The notes: generated from the letters alone by a model not told the origin. A DNA stretch of 64,000 nt from an uncultured Nitrospiraceae bacterium (GCA_963705105.1 CAVPIW010000010.1:64001-128000); one strand, 5' to 3'. Counted from the first letter of the stretch, positions 1-10,974 are shown. Program-made: numbers and translations.

Positions 1-282
1 GTGCGGGAGCTGGAGCATAGTATCGAGCATGCCTTCATCCTCTGCCGTCAACGCACGATTACCGTTGAGGATCTCCCCTCCGATTTGGTGGCTGCGAGCG
101 CGGCGCAACCCTTTCCCTGCGATCCATCATTCGACGGGCGTCGTGTGATTCTCCAGGCCCTCGAAAAGACGGGATGGAACAAGGCGAAGGCTGCCCGGCT
201 TCTCGGCATGAGCGCGCGTACCATGTTCCGAAAACTCAAGGAGTACAAAATCATCAGAGACGCCGACCCGAACGACCCGTGA
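1..282 (+). CDS. C-terminal part of a sigma-54-dependent (NtrC/Fis-family) transcriptional activator, truncated by the window edge
   Basis: VRELEHSIEHA AAA+ C-terminus and ALEKTGWNKAKAARLLGMSARTMFRKLK Fis-type HTH. Confidence 0.9.
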   Translation: MRELEHSIEHAFILCRQRTITVEDLPSDLVAASAAQPFPCDPSFDGRRVILQALEKTGWNKAKAARLLGMSARTMFRKLKEYKIIRDADPNDP

Positions 283-634
283 CATGGCACGGCATGCCCT
301 GTCACGATTTCATGCCGTGAAGAATTTTTCCTGACCGTGCAACGATCCCCGTCGTTGGCATTTTCTTGTCCAACTCATTGCAACCTTTGTGTTTCCAGGG
401 TCGCCCTTCGTCCGGGCATTACGCGTGTATGGTTCTTGCTCTTCCTGAGGACGCAAGGGTGGCGAGGCACGCCTTTCCGTGCCCGTCGTTCGAAGCGCCG
501 GCGGACCCCGTTTTCCGCAACCCTGTCCGCCGCAGGCAACTTGAGGATCTCACGGAATCAGGCCCTCGACACGAATCCGGCCTTTGAAAGACATGCGTGG
601 TGGAATGCAAAACGACGAAGCGGGCGAAAAAAGG

Positions 635-802
635 ATGTTGAAACAAACAGTCGGCAGAAGAGTCTGTCCATTCGCCGAAAACCCTCTCGATGACTGCCTG
701 CTCCTCAAGATGGACAGTCAGCATGTGGAGGATGCCATCTATTACTGCGGAGGACATTTTAAGGAGTGTTCAATTTACAGGAGACATGTGCACGACGTAT
801 GA
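635..802 (+). CDS. Small Cys-rich hypothetical protein
   Basis: ORF MLKQ...CPF...DCLL...YYCGGHFKECSIY with four spaced Cys; start uncertain (605 or 635). Confidence 0.55.
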   Translation: MLKQTVGRRVCPFAENPLDDCLLLKMDSQHVEDAIYYCGGHFKECSIYRRHVHDV

Positions 803-981
803 GATGTCAGGCTGATTCCTGTTCCTGCAAAAGAGGTATATAAATTCAATGGATGCCGGCTCTCAGGAGCGGAGTGCGCCTCGTGGAGGGCATGATTCTC
901 AATGATTTTCGTGCATCGGGGTAAACCTTCATAAGCCCGCTCAGCGGAATCAGGCCTGCTACCCTGGGGGAGGCAATTTCG

Positions 982-1165
982 TATAGGTAGAGTCTGTTTG
1001 TAAACTCACGAAGTTGCAGTTCGTATGTCATTCCGGCTCTTGTCCTCGCACCGTCGAGGATCGGTCCGGAATCGTTCTTTCAGAAGGATTCCCAACGCCC
1101 CCGCATCAAGTGCGGGGTTGCGGGAATGACAGACGAAGGATACTTTATGGACAGACTATAGGTAG
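982..1165. repeat. MITE-like palindromic element containing a GTCATTCC...GGAATGAC hairpin doublet
   Basis: Imperfect TIR tagagtctgtttgtaaa (988-1004) / tttatggacagactata (1144-1160); tataggtag direct repeat at 982-990 and 1157-1165; inner doublet shared with 6356-6511, 7142-7216, 11027-11085. Confidence 0.75.
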
Positions 1166-1417
1166 TTCTGCCTATATGAAAATGGGTAATTCTACGAGTA
1201 GCCGGGGATTTTATACAGCACTATAATACTAAGTGTAATAAAGGACCGGATATCGAATGGTGACAAGGAGGTTTTTTTTGCAGGGAAAGCAGGATGTGTC
1301 GTGAGACAGAGAGGCGAAACCGACGGAATCAAAGAAAGGAGGGCGTGTTTAAAAGGGGAGTATATGAATCTGTTTTCTTGTTTTGGAGACGTGACGGATC
1401 ATGAAAGGAGAGAGAAC

Positions 1418-4400
1418 ATGAAGAACCGAAGATTTTTAATCTTTATGTGTTTGCTATTGACAATGCTCGTCCTTTCCTGGGGAGTCGACCAGGGATGGGC
1501 GCAAAAAGCGCCAAAAGATAAGAAACTTATATTTAAGGGCAAGACAACGCCTGCCGAGCTGAAGGCCGCTGCGAAGCGTGCCGCCAAGCTGGGTGTCAAG
1601 CCGGGTATAGCAGGTCGGGCCGCTGCCCCCGTGGCCGTTGCCCCCTTTGCCGTTGCCCCCGGGCTTGATGCCCCCGTGGCCCTGGCCCCCTTTGCCGCTG
1701 CCGCCCCCCTTCCGGGCATTGAGGGTCCCGGGGGGGTGCCGCATTATTTCGGCCCCTTCGGCAACTGGGCTTTCAGCCCGCTGCCCAAGGGCCCCGTTGC
1801 GGTGGTCAATGTTGTCGACGGTGGCATTGGGTATAGCGCCGCGCCTACAGTCACCATCAGCGATGCGTATATTACATCATGCCAAACGAATAACACGCCC
1901 CCGTGCTACACCCCGGCTACTGTTGCGGCTACGGTTGCGGGTGGCGTCATTACCGGCTTCACGATCACCGACGTAGGTGCAGGGTATGTTGCTCCTGTTG
2001 TTGTCATCGAGGATGCCACAGGCACAGGCGCACTCGGTGACGCAACCATCGGTGCTGCTACCTTAGGTGGCCCACTCACCGGCGGCATGCGCAAGTTTGT
2101 CGACGGACTGCCGGGTCTGACCCCTGCCGGGGTAAATAATCTTGGGCAGTATATCCCGGTTGCCGTTGCCGAAACTCGGACGTTTAGCGGTCAGCCAGCA
2201 GACTACTACGAAATCGCCCTGGTCGAGTTTTACGAAAAGATGCACTCGGACCTGCCGCCGACGAAGCAGAGGGGATATGTGCAGTTGTCGACGACGGGTG
2301 CCGGAATTCCTTTGCTTCAAGTTGACGGGGTCACCCCAATCTTGAAGCCCGATGGCACGCAAGCTTTGGCCGTTGATAACCCCCATTTCCTGGGGCCTGT
2401 CATCGTTGCAAAGGGGAGGGCACACGGCGTTGCGGGCGCAGCGGGCGAGCCGGTGCCGGTCCGCATCAAGTTCTACAACCTGCTTCCCACCGGCGCCGGC
2501 GGCGACCTCTTCATTCCGGTGGACGAAACCGTCATGGGTTCCGGGATAGGCCCCGCGCTGCCGGGTACGGCGGGTGATAAGTTCACACAGAACAGGGCCA
2601 CCATCCACCTTCATGGGAACAACACCGTCTGGATCAGCGACGGCAACGTTCACCAGTGGATTACGCCCCCTAATGAAAACACTCCTTACCCCAAGGGCGT
2701 CAGTGTGCGGAACGTGCCGGACATGGGCGCTGACTGCGACGCTCCGGGCAGCGGATGCCTGACCTTCTTTTACACCAACGCGCAGAGCGCCAGGCTGCAG
2801 TTCTATCACGACCATGCCATGGGCATCACGCGTCTCAATGTGTATGCCGGTGAAGCAGCCGGATACGTGCTCACCGACGCCGTCGACCAGGATATGATCA
2901 ACGGCACCAATGTTTCCGGCGTCAATATCAATTGCGTCGATGGGAGTGACCCCGGGACGATCGCCGGCGACTCCCCTGGCGAATGCGCCAGCGTCCTCCC
3001 CAGCCTCGGTATTCCCCTGGTCATCCAGGACAGGACCTGGGTGGACGCCGACACGGTTTTCGCTCAGGACCCCACATGGAACTGGGGAACGGGGACAAGG
3101 GACGCCAACGGAAATATAACCACGGCAGTCACCGGCGACCTGTGGTACCCCCATGTCTACATGACGGTCCAGAATCCGTGGGACCTGACCGGCACGAACG
3201 GCTTCGGCCGCTGGCACTATGGTCCATGGTTCAATCCACCGGTGCCGGAGTGCGTCAACGGGCTCCCGGTGGGGTGCATCGAGGTCGGACCCGTTCCGAA
3301 CGAGTACTATCAGCCTGTTTGTGACGGTCTGCCGGATCTTGTCAATCTCGTTTGCACGGCGCCCTGGGAGCCGCCGTTGAGGCCCGGGAATCCGAACCCC
3401 TCCATACCGGGCGAGAGTTTCATGGACACCCCGATCGTCAACGGCACTGCCTATCCATTCATGACGGTAGAGCCAAAGGCATACCGGTTCCGCGTGCTGA
3501 ATGCCGCCAATGACCGGATGTTCAACTTCCAGCTCTATGTCGCCGCGGATAAGACCATGCCAACGACGCCGGGCACCACCGGTACCGTGCTGTGCGACGG
3601 CACGTCCGCAGTACCGGTTGAAAACTGTACTGAAGTCAAGATGGTCCCCGTCAGTGTGGCGCCGGCGAACCAATTTGCGGACACGCCGAGCGGCATTCCC
3701 GATCCGGCAACGAAAGGGCCGCAATGGATCATGATCGGCACGGAAGGCGGCTTCATGCCGAAGCCGGTCGTGGTGCCTCAGCAGCCCATCGGCTATAATT
3801 TGAACCCTGCCTACTTCAGTTTTGGCCTGGTCAACCAAAAATCGCTTTTCCTGGGATCAGCGGAGCGGGCGGATGTCATTGTTGACTTCTCCGCCTACGC
3901 CGGCAAGACCCTCATCCTCTACAACGATTCCCCGGCGCCGGTCCCGGCGGGCGCAACGCCCTACGACTTCTACACGGGCAATGGAAACCAGACTGGATGG
4001 CGGCGGCGCGCCCAACACACAGCCCGGATACGGCCCCAACACCCGCACGATCATGCAGATCCGGGTGGCCAATACGACACCAGCCGCCCCCTATGATTTG
4101 ACAGCGTTGAACGCAGTGTTTGCCAAAGGCGACACATCAGGCTGTACCGCTGTACCGCCGGGGCCCTGCAAGCGCGGTGTCTTCGAGGTCACACAGGACC
4201 CGATCATCATTCCTCAGGCCGCCTACAACTCGGCCTATAACAACACGTTCCCGGCGACTGCCGCGAAACAATATGTACAGATCAACGAAACACAGAAGAC
4301 CTTTCAGCCCATCGACGAAAACGGGGTTCTTCAGCCTGCCGTCACGTTGCCGCTGGAGATGAAGGCCATGCATGACGAGATGGGCGGTGTGTACGACACC

Positions 4401-5960
4401 CTGTTCGGCCGGATGAGCGGGATGCTCGGGCTCAGTCTCCCCAACTCTCCCAACCATGTGTTGATACCCTACGGACTGGCAGCCCCGCCCACCGATATCG
4501 TCAAGGGCTCAGTGGAAGGGACTCCAATCGGAGTAATGCCCGATGGCACCCAGATCTGGAGGATCTTCCACAACGGCGTGGATACCCACACCATCCACAC
4601 CCACCTGTTCCATGCTCAGCTCATCAACCGAGTTGACCAGAGCGGGCAGGTGACGGGGGGGACGTTGCCTGTAGACCCCATTGAGCTGGGCTGGAAAGAC
4701 ACCTTCAGGGTGAACCCGCTGGAGATCACCTACCTCGCGATGAGGCCGACCGTTCCGACCCCGTCGCAGATTCCTTTCGAAGTGCCCGACAGCGTCCGCC
4801 TGATCGACCCGACGCTGCCCGAGGGGGCCACGCTTATCCCGCCGCCGCCGGCAGGATGGTTCGACCCGGATGGAATCCGAATCCCCGAGATCCTGAACCA
4901 TTTCGTCAACTTCGGCTGGGAGTACGTGTGGCACTGCCACATCCTTTCCCATGAAGAGATGGACATGATGCACTCTCTGGTGTTTGCAGTTCCACCGAAG
5001 GCGCCGACGGGTCTCGCTGCGACAGTGAGCGGCCCCGCCAACAACCCGACAGTCACCTTGACCTGGACTGACAACTCCCAAAAAGAGGCACGGTTCAGCA
5101 TCCAGAGGGCGACAAATGCCGCATTCACAACGGGACTAACGACATTCAACGTCAACGCCAACGTTGTGACATTCGCAGACACAACTGTCGTGAACAATAC
5201 CGCCTATTGGTACAGGGTGTTCGCGATAGGCAATCCAGTCGGCGACACCCAGGCTTATCCGGGTTCATTCGGCTTCCCCACCATGTCTGCCGACTCTGTT
5301 TCCAACACATTCCCCATCGCGGTCGGGATTCCGACAACGAATGTGCCGGCAGATCCGACCCTCCTGTCCACAACCGTGCAGGCGGGACCGCAGGTGAGCC
5401 TGACCTGGAGGGACAACGCGACCAACGAGACCGGCTTTGAGGTCGAGCGCTGCACGGTGGTAGCACCGGCAACCACTTGCAGCAACTTTGCAGTGATCGC
5501 TACGCGGGGACCGAGAAACAACACGGGCAACGCAACGTTCGTGGATACGACGGTAACGGTCGGCAACACCTACTTTTATCAGGTGTGGGCAGTGAACGCA
5601 AATGGGCGGTCGACTAATCCGACGAACGCAACCTCCGCGGTCGTGCCCGCGATTCCGGCTGCGCCGACCAATTTTAGAGTATCGGTCGCGCCCATCCCCG
5701 GCCCCAACACCGGCTATACGGCGACGCTGACATGGCAGGCCGTCACCAACCCACCAACCAACTTCACGGTCCAGCGCGCCACCAATTCCACATTCACGCG
5801 CGGCCTGAACACAGTCAACCCTGGGCCCGCCGCCAGGAGTCTCACGCAGACCGTGAATCGCAACACAACCTACTACTATCGGATCCGGGCGAACAGCAAT
5901 ATCAGCGGTTCGTCCGCCTGGACGAACGCCCTGCCGTTCCCCATTCGCACGGGTCCCTAA
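1418..5960 (+). CDS. Large secreted multicopper oxidase with C-terminal fibronectin type III domains (OmpB/MofA-like); one frameshift near 3990-3997
   Basis: RBS aaggag before ATG 1418; signal peptide; Cu motifs IHLHG, FYHDHAMG (ORF 1301..4096) and HTIHTHLFH, WHCHILSHEEMDM (ORF 3822..5960); three FN3-like repeats (APTGL..LTWTDNS..YWYRV). Confidence 0.85.
1622..1696 (+). repeat. Intragenic 15-bp tandem repeat x5 encoding an Ala/Pro linker
   Basis: gctgcccccgtggcc gttgccccctttgcc gttgcccccgggctt gatgcccccgtggcc ctggccccctttgcc. Confidence 0.85.
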
Positions 5961-5983
5961 CAAGTAAAAACAGGTCGTTCATC

Positions 5984-6012
5984 GGGGAGGGAGCAATCCC
6001 TCCCCTTTTTTT
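5984..6012 (+). terminator. Rho-independent terminator after the multicopper oxidase
   Basis: ggggaggga-gcaa-tccctcccc perfect stem followed by T7. Confidence 0.9.
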
Positions 6013-6034
6013 ATAACGGCGGGCAATGGTGCTG

Positions 6035-6090
6035 TTGCATGAAAAGGCAGGGAGAAGTGCCTCAAAGTTTTGCTGATAGCCTCAATGATT
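6035..6090. repeat. Partial E1 element (right arm, reverse orientation)
   Basis: ttgcatgaaaaggcagggagaagtgcctcaaagttttgctgatag is the reverse complement of the E1 right arm at 11461-11510 and 17175-17222. Confidence 0.7.
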
Positions 6091-6092
6091 AT

Positions 6093-6158
6093 TGTAGGGT
6101 CTGCTCCCCGAGCAGACCGCTTCATCGATGTCGGGCCGTTCGGGGAACAGCCCCTACA
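6093..6158. repeat. GTAG-type REP doublet (REPIN-like)
   Basis: tgtagggtctgctccccgagcagacc ... gggccgttcggggaacagcccctaca; related hairpin at 37886-37920. Confidence 0.7.
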
Positions 6159-6265
6159 CAGAGATCAACACCTCCAGCCACAAATGAGTATAATACGATT
6201 GTTGCTGATGTTTTTTCGTGAGCGCACTGCTCACATGCTAACCCAATGAGAAGGAGTTTCTTTCG

Positions 6266-7093
6266 ATGGAAATAAACCGGTTCAGTCTGAGTTTATTGCG
6301 GCGCTCTCCGACGTCTGCAAAGGCCGAACGACGCCCACTGACCTTTCGGCGGAAGATTACCCCGGCAATTAAACGGACGAACTACGCTATGCTTTGTCAT
6401 TCCGGCTTGTCCGGAATCTTTCTGTTTTTTCGGAAGGATTGCCGACGCCCCGGCATCAAGTGCGGGGTTGCGGCAATGACAGTGGTGCCGGTATTTAATT
6501 GCCGGAGTAATAAGGCCGGGGCATTCTTGACCTCACTGGGCGTGCTGTCCATTTTTTTCATGCTCTGTGCTTTCGGGGACCCGGCGGATGCGCAGGACAA
6601 GACGTTCAAACGCACCGTTGAGACCTATACCGTCCCCGACGTCACCCTGGTGAATCAGAACGGGGCAAGGGTGAGGATCAGGAGCCTCCTGCAATCGGAC
6701 AAGCCCGTCGTCGTGGATTTCATCTTCGGCACCTGCACGACCATATGCCCCGTGCTTTCCGCCGGCCTCGCCTCGCTTCAGCAGCAGCTCGGCCCTGATG
6801 CCCGGAAGGTCCAGCTTGTATCCATATCCATCGATCCCGAGAATGACACGCCGAAGGTGATGAAGGACTACCTGAAGAGATACGGGGCGAAGCCCGGATG
6901 GGATTTCCTGACGGGGACACGCACGGACATCGACAAGGTGTTGTATGCCCTTTCTGCTTATATACAGAACAAGATGGATCATTACCCGTTGACGTTGATC
7001 AGGTCGTCGGGAGACGGCAAATGGGTCAGGGTGCGCGGGCTCATGAGCGGCGCTCAATTAATGACCGAAGTCCGGCAAGCGGGGTTGAAATGA
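6266..7093 (+). CDS. SCO1/SenC-family copper chaperone with an in-frame palindromic insertion in the N-terminus
   Basis: DFIFGTCTTICP (CxxxC) motif, SISIDPENDTP, conserved His (MDHYP); RBS aaggag at 6251. Confidence 0.9.
   Translation: MEINRFSLSLLRRSPTSAKAERRPLTFRRKITPAIKRTNYAMLCHSGLSGIFLFFRKDCRRPGIKCGVAAMTVVPVFNCRSNKAGAFLTSLGVLSIFFMLCAFGDPADAQDKTFKRTVETYTVPDVTLVNQNGARVRIRSLLQSDKPVVVDFIFGTCTTICPVLSAGLASLQQQLGPDARKVQLVSISIDPENDTPKVMKDYLKRYGAKPGWDFLTGTRTDIDKVLYALSAYIQNKMDHYPLTLIRSSGDGKWVRVRGLMSGAQLMTEVRQAGLK
6356..6511. repeat. 156-bp MITE-like palindromic element inside the SCO ORF
   Basis: TIR attaccccggcaattaaa / tttaattgccggagtaat (17 of 18 matching); inner GTCATTCC/GCAATGAC doublet; length divisible by 3. 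Confidence 0.85.
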
Positions 7094-8898
7094 AAGGATT
7101 GAACCGTAGCGTACCGACAATGTATAGCGACGCAAATCAGCTGTCATTCCCGCAAGCGGAGCGCGTCGGGAATCCTTCCAGATACAAGGAAAGATTCCGG
7201 ACAAGCCGGAATGACAAACCGTCCGGAACTTATGTCGCCTTGTATAACTGCGGGGCGGTCCAGGTCCTCACCCTCGTCCTCGTTTCTATGCTGTTTCTTT
7301 TCTGTGCATCGAGTTCATTCACGGAAGCCGCTGAGCCGTCCCTGTCGCCTCAGGAAAAGCTCAGGCTGGGAGAGCAGATGTACCGCGAGGGCATCCTCCC
7401 GTCGGGAGAGCCGATGATGGCATTGGTGCAGGGAGACATCCCCGTTGCAGGGACGGCCTTCACCTGCGTGAGCTGCCATCTGCGCAGCGGGATCGGCTCC
7501 CTTGAGGGCGGTGTCGCCACCCCTCCGACAAACGGGGCGACCCTCTTCCGGACCGTCAGGAAGCTCCATAACGGCGTCGAGGTTGCGACGTGGCCCGTGC
7601 GCCGGCCGGCTTATACCGACGAGACGCTGGCGAAGGCGCTCTGGGGCGGCGTTGACGCCACGGGCCGGGTAATGGATGAAGTCATGCCGCGGTATCAGCT
7701 CACCGATGAGGACATGGCGATTCTCATCTATTATTTAAAATGGCTGTCGTCGGAATTCTCTCCCGGCGTGTCGAATTCGACGCTCCGGCTGGCGACGGTC
7801 ATCACGGACGACGTGAGCCCTGATGAACGTGACACCATGCTCCTCCCGCTGCAGGATTACGTCAAATTCAAGAATAACGCGGCGGAAAGGCAATACTCGA
7901 AAGAGAGGCTGGTACTGTCGCAGTGGCTGTTGAAAGGCCCTCCCGGGACGTGGCGCGCCCAGTTGGAGGAATACCATAAGAAGGAGCCCGTCTTTGCCCT
8001 GGTGGGAGGCATAACGAAGAAGGAATGGCAGCCGGTCCACAACTTCAGCGAGGAGCATAAGATTCCCTGCATCCTGCCTGTTACGGACTTCCCCGTCCTT
8101 TCCGGGACGGATTGGTACACCCTTTACTTCTCCAAGGGGTTTTACCAGGAGGGCGAAGCCGCTGCCCGATATCTCAACGACAAGGAGGACCTGTTGAAGG
8201 GCCGGACGATTGTCCAGGTTGTCCGCGATGCGCCTGAAGGCCGGGCACTGTCGGCGGGATTCCGGGAGACGTGGCGGGATTTGGGTCATAAGGACCCGGT
8301 GACGGTCACGCTGAAGGCGGGAGAATCGCTGACCGGGAAGTCCCTGCAGCAGGTGATGACAAAGCACAGGCCCGCCGCCCTGCTGCTATGGGCGGGTTCG
8401 GAGACTCTGCCCGCGCTGGAGACATTGGCCGGCAGGAACAGGCCGATTATGGCATTTGTTTCGGCGGGCTATCTCGGGGAGAGCATCCGGGCACTGAAAG
8501 AACAGGTCCGCGATTTCACGTACATAACGTACCCTTACAGATTGCCCGAAGCCGAGAAGCGGTACACGGCGATCGTCAGGTCGACTTTGGGCCCCGCCTA
8601 CGAGAAGGGCGATAATCTGATCACATCAAAGAAGACATACACCATCATCAGGGTGCTGACGCAGGCCCTGGCAAGCATGGCCGGACAGTATTACCGTGAC
8701 GCCCTCCTCGACTCCGTCGACATGGGAAGGGGCGCTGTCAGTATGGGCTCCGGGGTGCAGGACGAGACGTACCCGCTCTACCAGCGTTTCAGCTTCGGCC
8801 CGGGACAGCGCTACGCCTCGAAGGGATGCTACATCGTGCAACTCTCAAAAGGTCCCGAGCCCGAACTCGTCAGGAGGAGCGACTGGGTGATACACTGA
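7090..8898 (+). CDS. Monoheme cytochrome c fused to a periplasmic binding protein type I-like domain
   Basis: ATG overlaps the SCO stop (ATGA); CVSCH heme motif, MPRY axial Met, LivJ-like C-terminal part; hydrophobic signal segment. Confidence 0.8.
   Translation: MKGLNRSVPTMYSDANQLSFPQAERVGNPSRYKERFRTSRNDKPSGTYVALYNCGAVQVLTLVLVSMLFLFCASSSFTEAAEPSLSPQEKLRLGEQMYREGILPSGEPMMALVQGDIPVAGTAFTCVSCHLRSGIGSLEGGVATPPTNGATLFRTVRKLHNGVEVATWPVRRPAYTDETLAKALWGGVDATGRVMDEVMPRYQLTDEDMAILIYYLKWLSSEFSPGVSNSTLRLATVITDDVSPDERDTMLLPLQDYVKFKNNAAERQYSKERLVLSQWLLKGPPGTWRAQLEEYHKKEPVFALVGGITKKEWQPVHNFSEEHKIPCILPVTDFPVLSGTDWYTLYFSKGFYQEGEAAARYLNDKEDLLKGRTIVQVVRDAPEGRALSAGFRETWRDLGHKDPVTVTLKAGESLTGKSLQQVMTKHRPAALLLWAGSETLPALETLAGRNRPIMAFVSAGYLGESIRALKEQVRDFTYITYPYRLPEAEKRYTAIVRSTLGPAYEKGDNLITSKKTYTIIRVLTQALASMAGQYYRDALLDSVDMGRGAVSMGSGVQDETYPLYQRFSFGPGQRYASKGCYIVQLSKGPEPELVRRSDWVIH
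7142..7216. repeat. Palindromic doublet in-frame in the 5' end of the cytochrome c gene
   Basis: tgtcattcccg...cgggaatcc...gattccggacaagccggaatgaca, with an outer gcgac/gtcgc shell at about 7120-7246. Confidence 0.8.
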
Positions 8899-8908
8899 AG
8901 ACAGTAGT

Positions 8909-8934
8909 CAGAATACAGAATACAGAATACAGAA
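8909..8934. repeat. Heptamer tandem repeat (CAGAATA)
   Basis: cagaatacagaatacagaatacagaa. Confidence 0.85.
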
Positions 8935-8991
8935 AAAAGAAAACAGCAAAAAAAGAGACAAAAGACAGGAATCAGAGGATAAACGCACGAC

Positions 8992-9471
8992 GGGAAGGCT
9001 GATGTGGTTCAAAGCGTTTCCGCTAAGATACCTTAATCGTCACCAGACCACACTTTGCCGTGTCTGTCGATACCAAAAGCCCGGCAGGCAGCAGGCGCTG
9101 AACACCTTGAGATGTGCACATTGCCTCATACGCCTGACCGAAAGGCGGGGTGAAGCACCGAAAAGCATCGGTGCTGCGAAACCGCTGCCTTCCCGTGGAG
9201 AGTACGGAAGCACAACTGTCGATGATACAGAGGATGAAATGTTTAAAATCCAATAATAAATAATCATGCTCGCTATCAGCGAGGCTTTGAGGCGCTTCGC
9301 CCCGCTTTCTGTGCATCTGCCAAAATGATCCTCATATCGCATTGGAAAGGCTTTGAACCATATCTGCCTTCCCGGAGGTAGCGCCACTATGAGCAAGGCT
9401 TTGAGGCACATCGCCCCGCCTTTCTATGCAACTGCAAGGCTATCTCACGCAAAGTCGCAAAGAGCGCAAAG
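8992..9471. repeat. Nested element: E2 shell containing E1, then an extra E1 right arm and a cgcaaag-type short repeat
   Basis: E2 IR gggaaggctgatgtggttcaaagcgtttcc / ggaaaggctttgaaccatatctgccttccc; inner aaaggcgggg...ccccgcttt; near-identical to 46356-46747. Confidence 0.9.
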
Positions 9472-9489
9472 AAAGAAATGCCGGTCCTG

Positions 9490-10950
9490 TCAGCGGCCCT
9501 CTGCCTGCACCGTCAGGTAGATCGATGAGCCGTTCCGGTGGACGTGGAGAAGGATATCGCGCCCCTCCTTGATTTTCGACACCGTCGCCAGGTAATCCTT
9601 CACGTTCCGCGTCGCTTTGCGCTCCACCTCCATGATGATGTCGTTTCTCTTCAGCAGGCCGGCGGCAGGGGCGTCTTCGCTGATTGCCGTGACAATGACC
9701 CCGTTGACTTTTCTTGCGACGCCGAGGCGCTTCCGCGACTCCGGCGTCAGGTCCTGGACGCTCACTCCCCTGAGGTTGTTTCCGACTGACGGCGCGCTTG
9801 TCCGGGCCTCCTGCGGGATTTCGGTTATGGTCGTTTTGACCGTCACGGGCTTTCCGTCCCTCAGCAGTTTGATGACCACTTCCTTGCCCGGGGCGGTCGT
9901 TGCAACCATGTTCCTCAGGGCCGGGGCGTCGCCGAACTCTTTGCCCCCGTACTCGGTGATCACGTCACCCCTCCTGATGCCCGCTTTCTCCGCAGGACTG
10001 CCCCCGACGACATCCCCGACGAGGGCGCCATTGTCCCCCCTGACGCCGAGCTGATTCGCGATCTCCGGCGTGATGGGCTGCATCGAAACACCGAGATATC
10101 CCCGGACGACGCGGCCCTTCTTGACGAGGTTGTCCATGACGACCCGTGCCATGTTGCTCGGGATGGCGAAACCGATGCCCTGGTACCCCCCGGACGTGCT
10201 GAATATGGCGGTGTTGATACCCACCAGCTCTCCCCGGACATTGATGAGGGCGCCCCCGGAGTTTCCGGGATTGATGGGCGCATCGGTCTGGATGAAGTCC
10301 TCATAATCGGCGATGCCCACATTGGCGCGGCCCGTGGCGCTGACGATGCCCGAGGTGACGGTCTGATTGAGGCCGAAGGGATTGCCGATGGCGATCACCA
10401 TCTCGCCCACCCTTAGCCTGTCGGAATCTCCGAGCTTGACGGACGGCAGCCGGTTCGAGTCGATCTTTATGACGGCGATGTCCGTCTTGGGGTCCGTGCC
10501 GACCAGCTTTCCCTTGAATTCCCTCTTGTCGGACAGCCGTATCCTTATGTCATCAGCGCCCTTGACGACGTGGTTGTTCGTCAGGATGAAGCCGTCACGG
10601 TCGACGATGACGCCCGAACCGAGGTGCATCTGCCGGCGCTCCTGCTGACGGTCCTGGTTCCGTGACTCGTCTCCGAAGAACCTCCGGAACATGGGGTCAT
10701 CGAAAAATTGAGACGACTGCCGGGACTTCACTTTTCTGGACGTCGAGATGTTCACGACAGCGGGCTTGACTGCGGCGGCAACCTCGGCGAGGGCCTGGTT
10801 CGTCCGCGTCAGGATGTCGATCGACTCCTTCGAGATCTTCGGCTCCTCCACGGCCCCGGCAATCCCTGCGCCATGCCATGAATCAGTGACAGACAGCATG
10901 CACGAGAGCAACAGTACGAGCACGGCAACCTGTTGTGTAACCCTCTTCAT
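9490..10950 (-). CDS. degQ: HtrA/DegQ (Do) serine endoprotease with two PDZ domains
   Basis: LTNNHVV, DIAV, IQTDAPINPGNSGGAL catalytic motifs; signal peptide; start set at 10950 after RBS ggaggg. Confidence 0.92.
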   Translation of the reverse strand: MKRVTQQVAVLVLLLSCMLSVTDSWHGAGIAGAVEEPKISKESIDILTRTNQALAEVAAAVKPAVVNISTSRKVKSRQSSQFFDDPMFRRFFGDESRNQDRQQERRQMHLGSGVIVDRDGFILTNNHVVKGADDIRIRLSDKREFKGKLVGTDPKTDIAVIKIDSNRLPSVKLGDSDRLRVGEMVIAIGNPFGLNQTVTSGIVSATGRANVGIADYEDFIQTDAPINPGNSGGALINVRGELVGINTAIFSTSGGYQGIGFAIPSNMARVVMDNLVKKGRVVRGYLGVSMQPITPEIANQLGVRGDNGALVGDVVGGSPAEKAGIRRGDVITEYGGKEFGDAPALRNMVATTAPGKEVVIKLLRDGKPVTVKTTITEIPQEARTSAPSVGNNLRGVSVQDLTPESRKRLGVARKVNGVIVTAISEDAPAAGLLKRNDIIMEVERKATRNVKDYLATVSKIKEGRDILLHVHRNGSSIYLTVQAEGR

Positions 10951-10974
10951 ATCGTTTCCCTCCGTAAAAACACA

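Noticed and set aside
2063..3838. 591-aa minus-strand ORF
   Set aside because: Antisense shadow of the multicopper oxidase in GC-rich DNA; no recognisable motifs
9002..9411. Small ORFs inside E1/E2 elements (also near 12.9, 17.0, 37.0, 40.5, 43.8 and 46.5 kb)
   Set aside because: Frames and lengths are not conserved between copies; similarity is at the DNA/hairpin level
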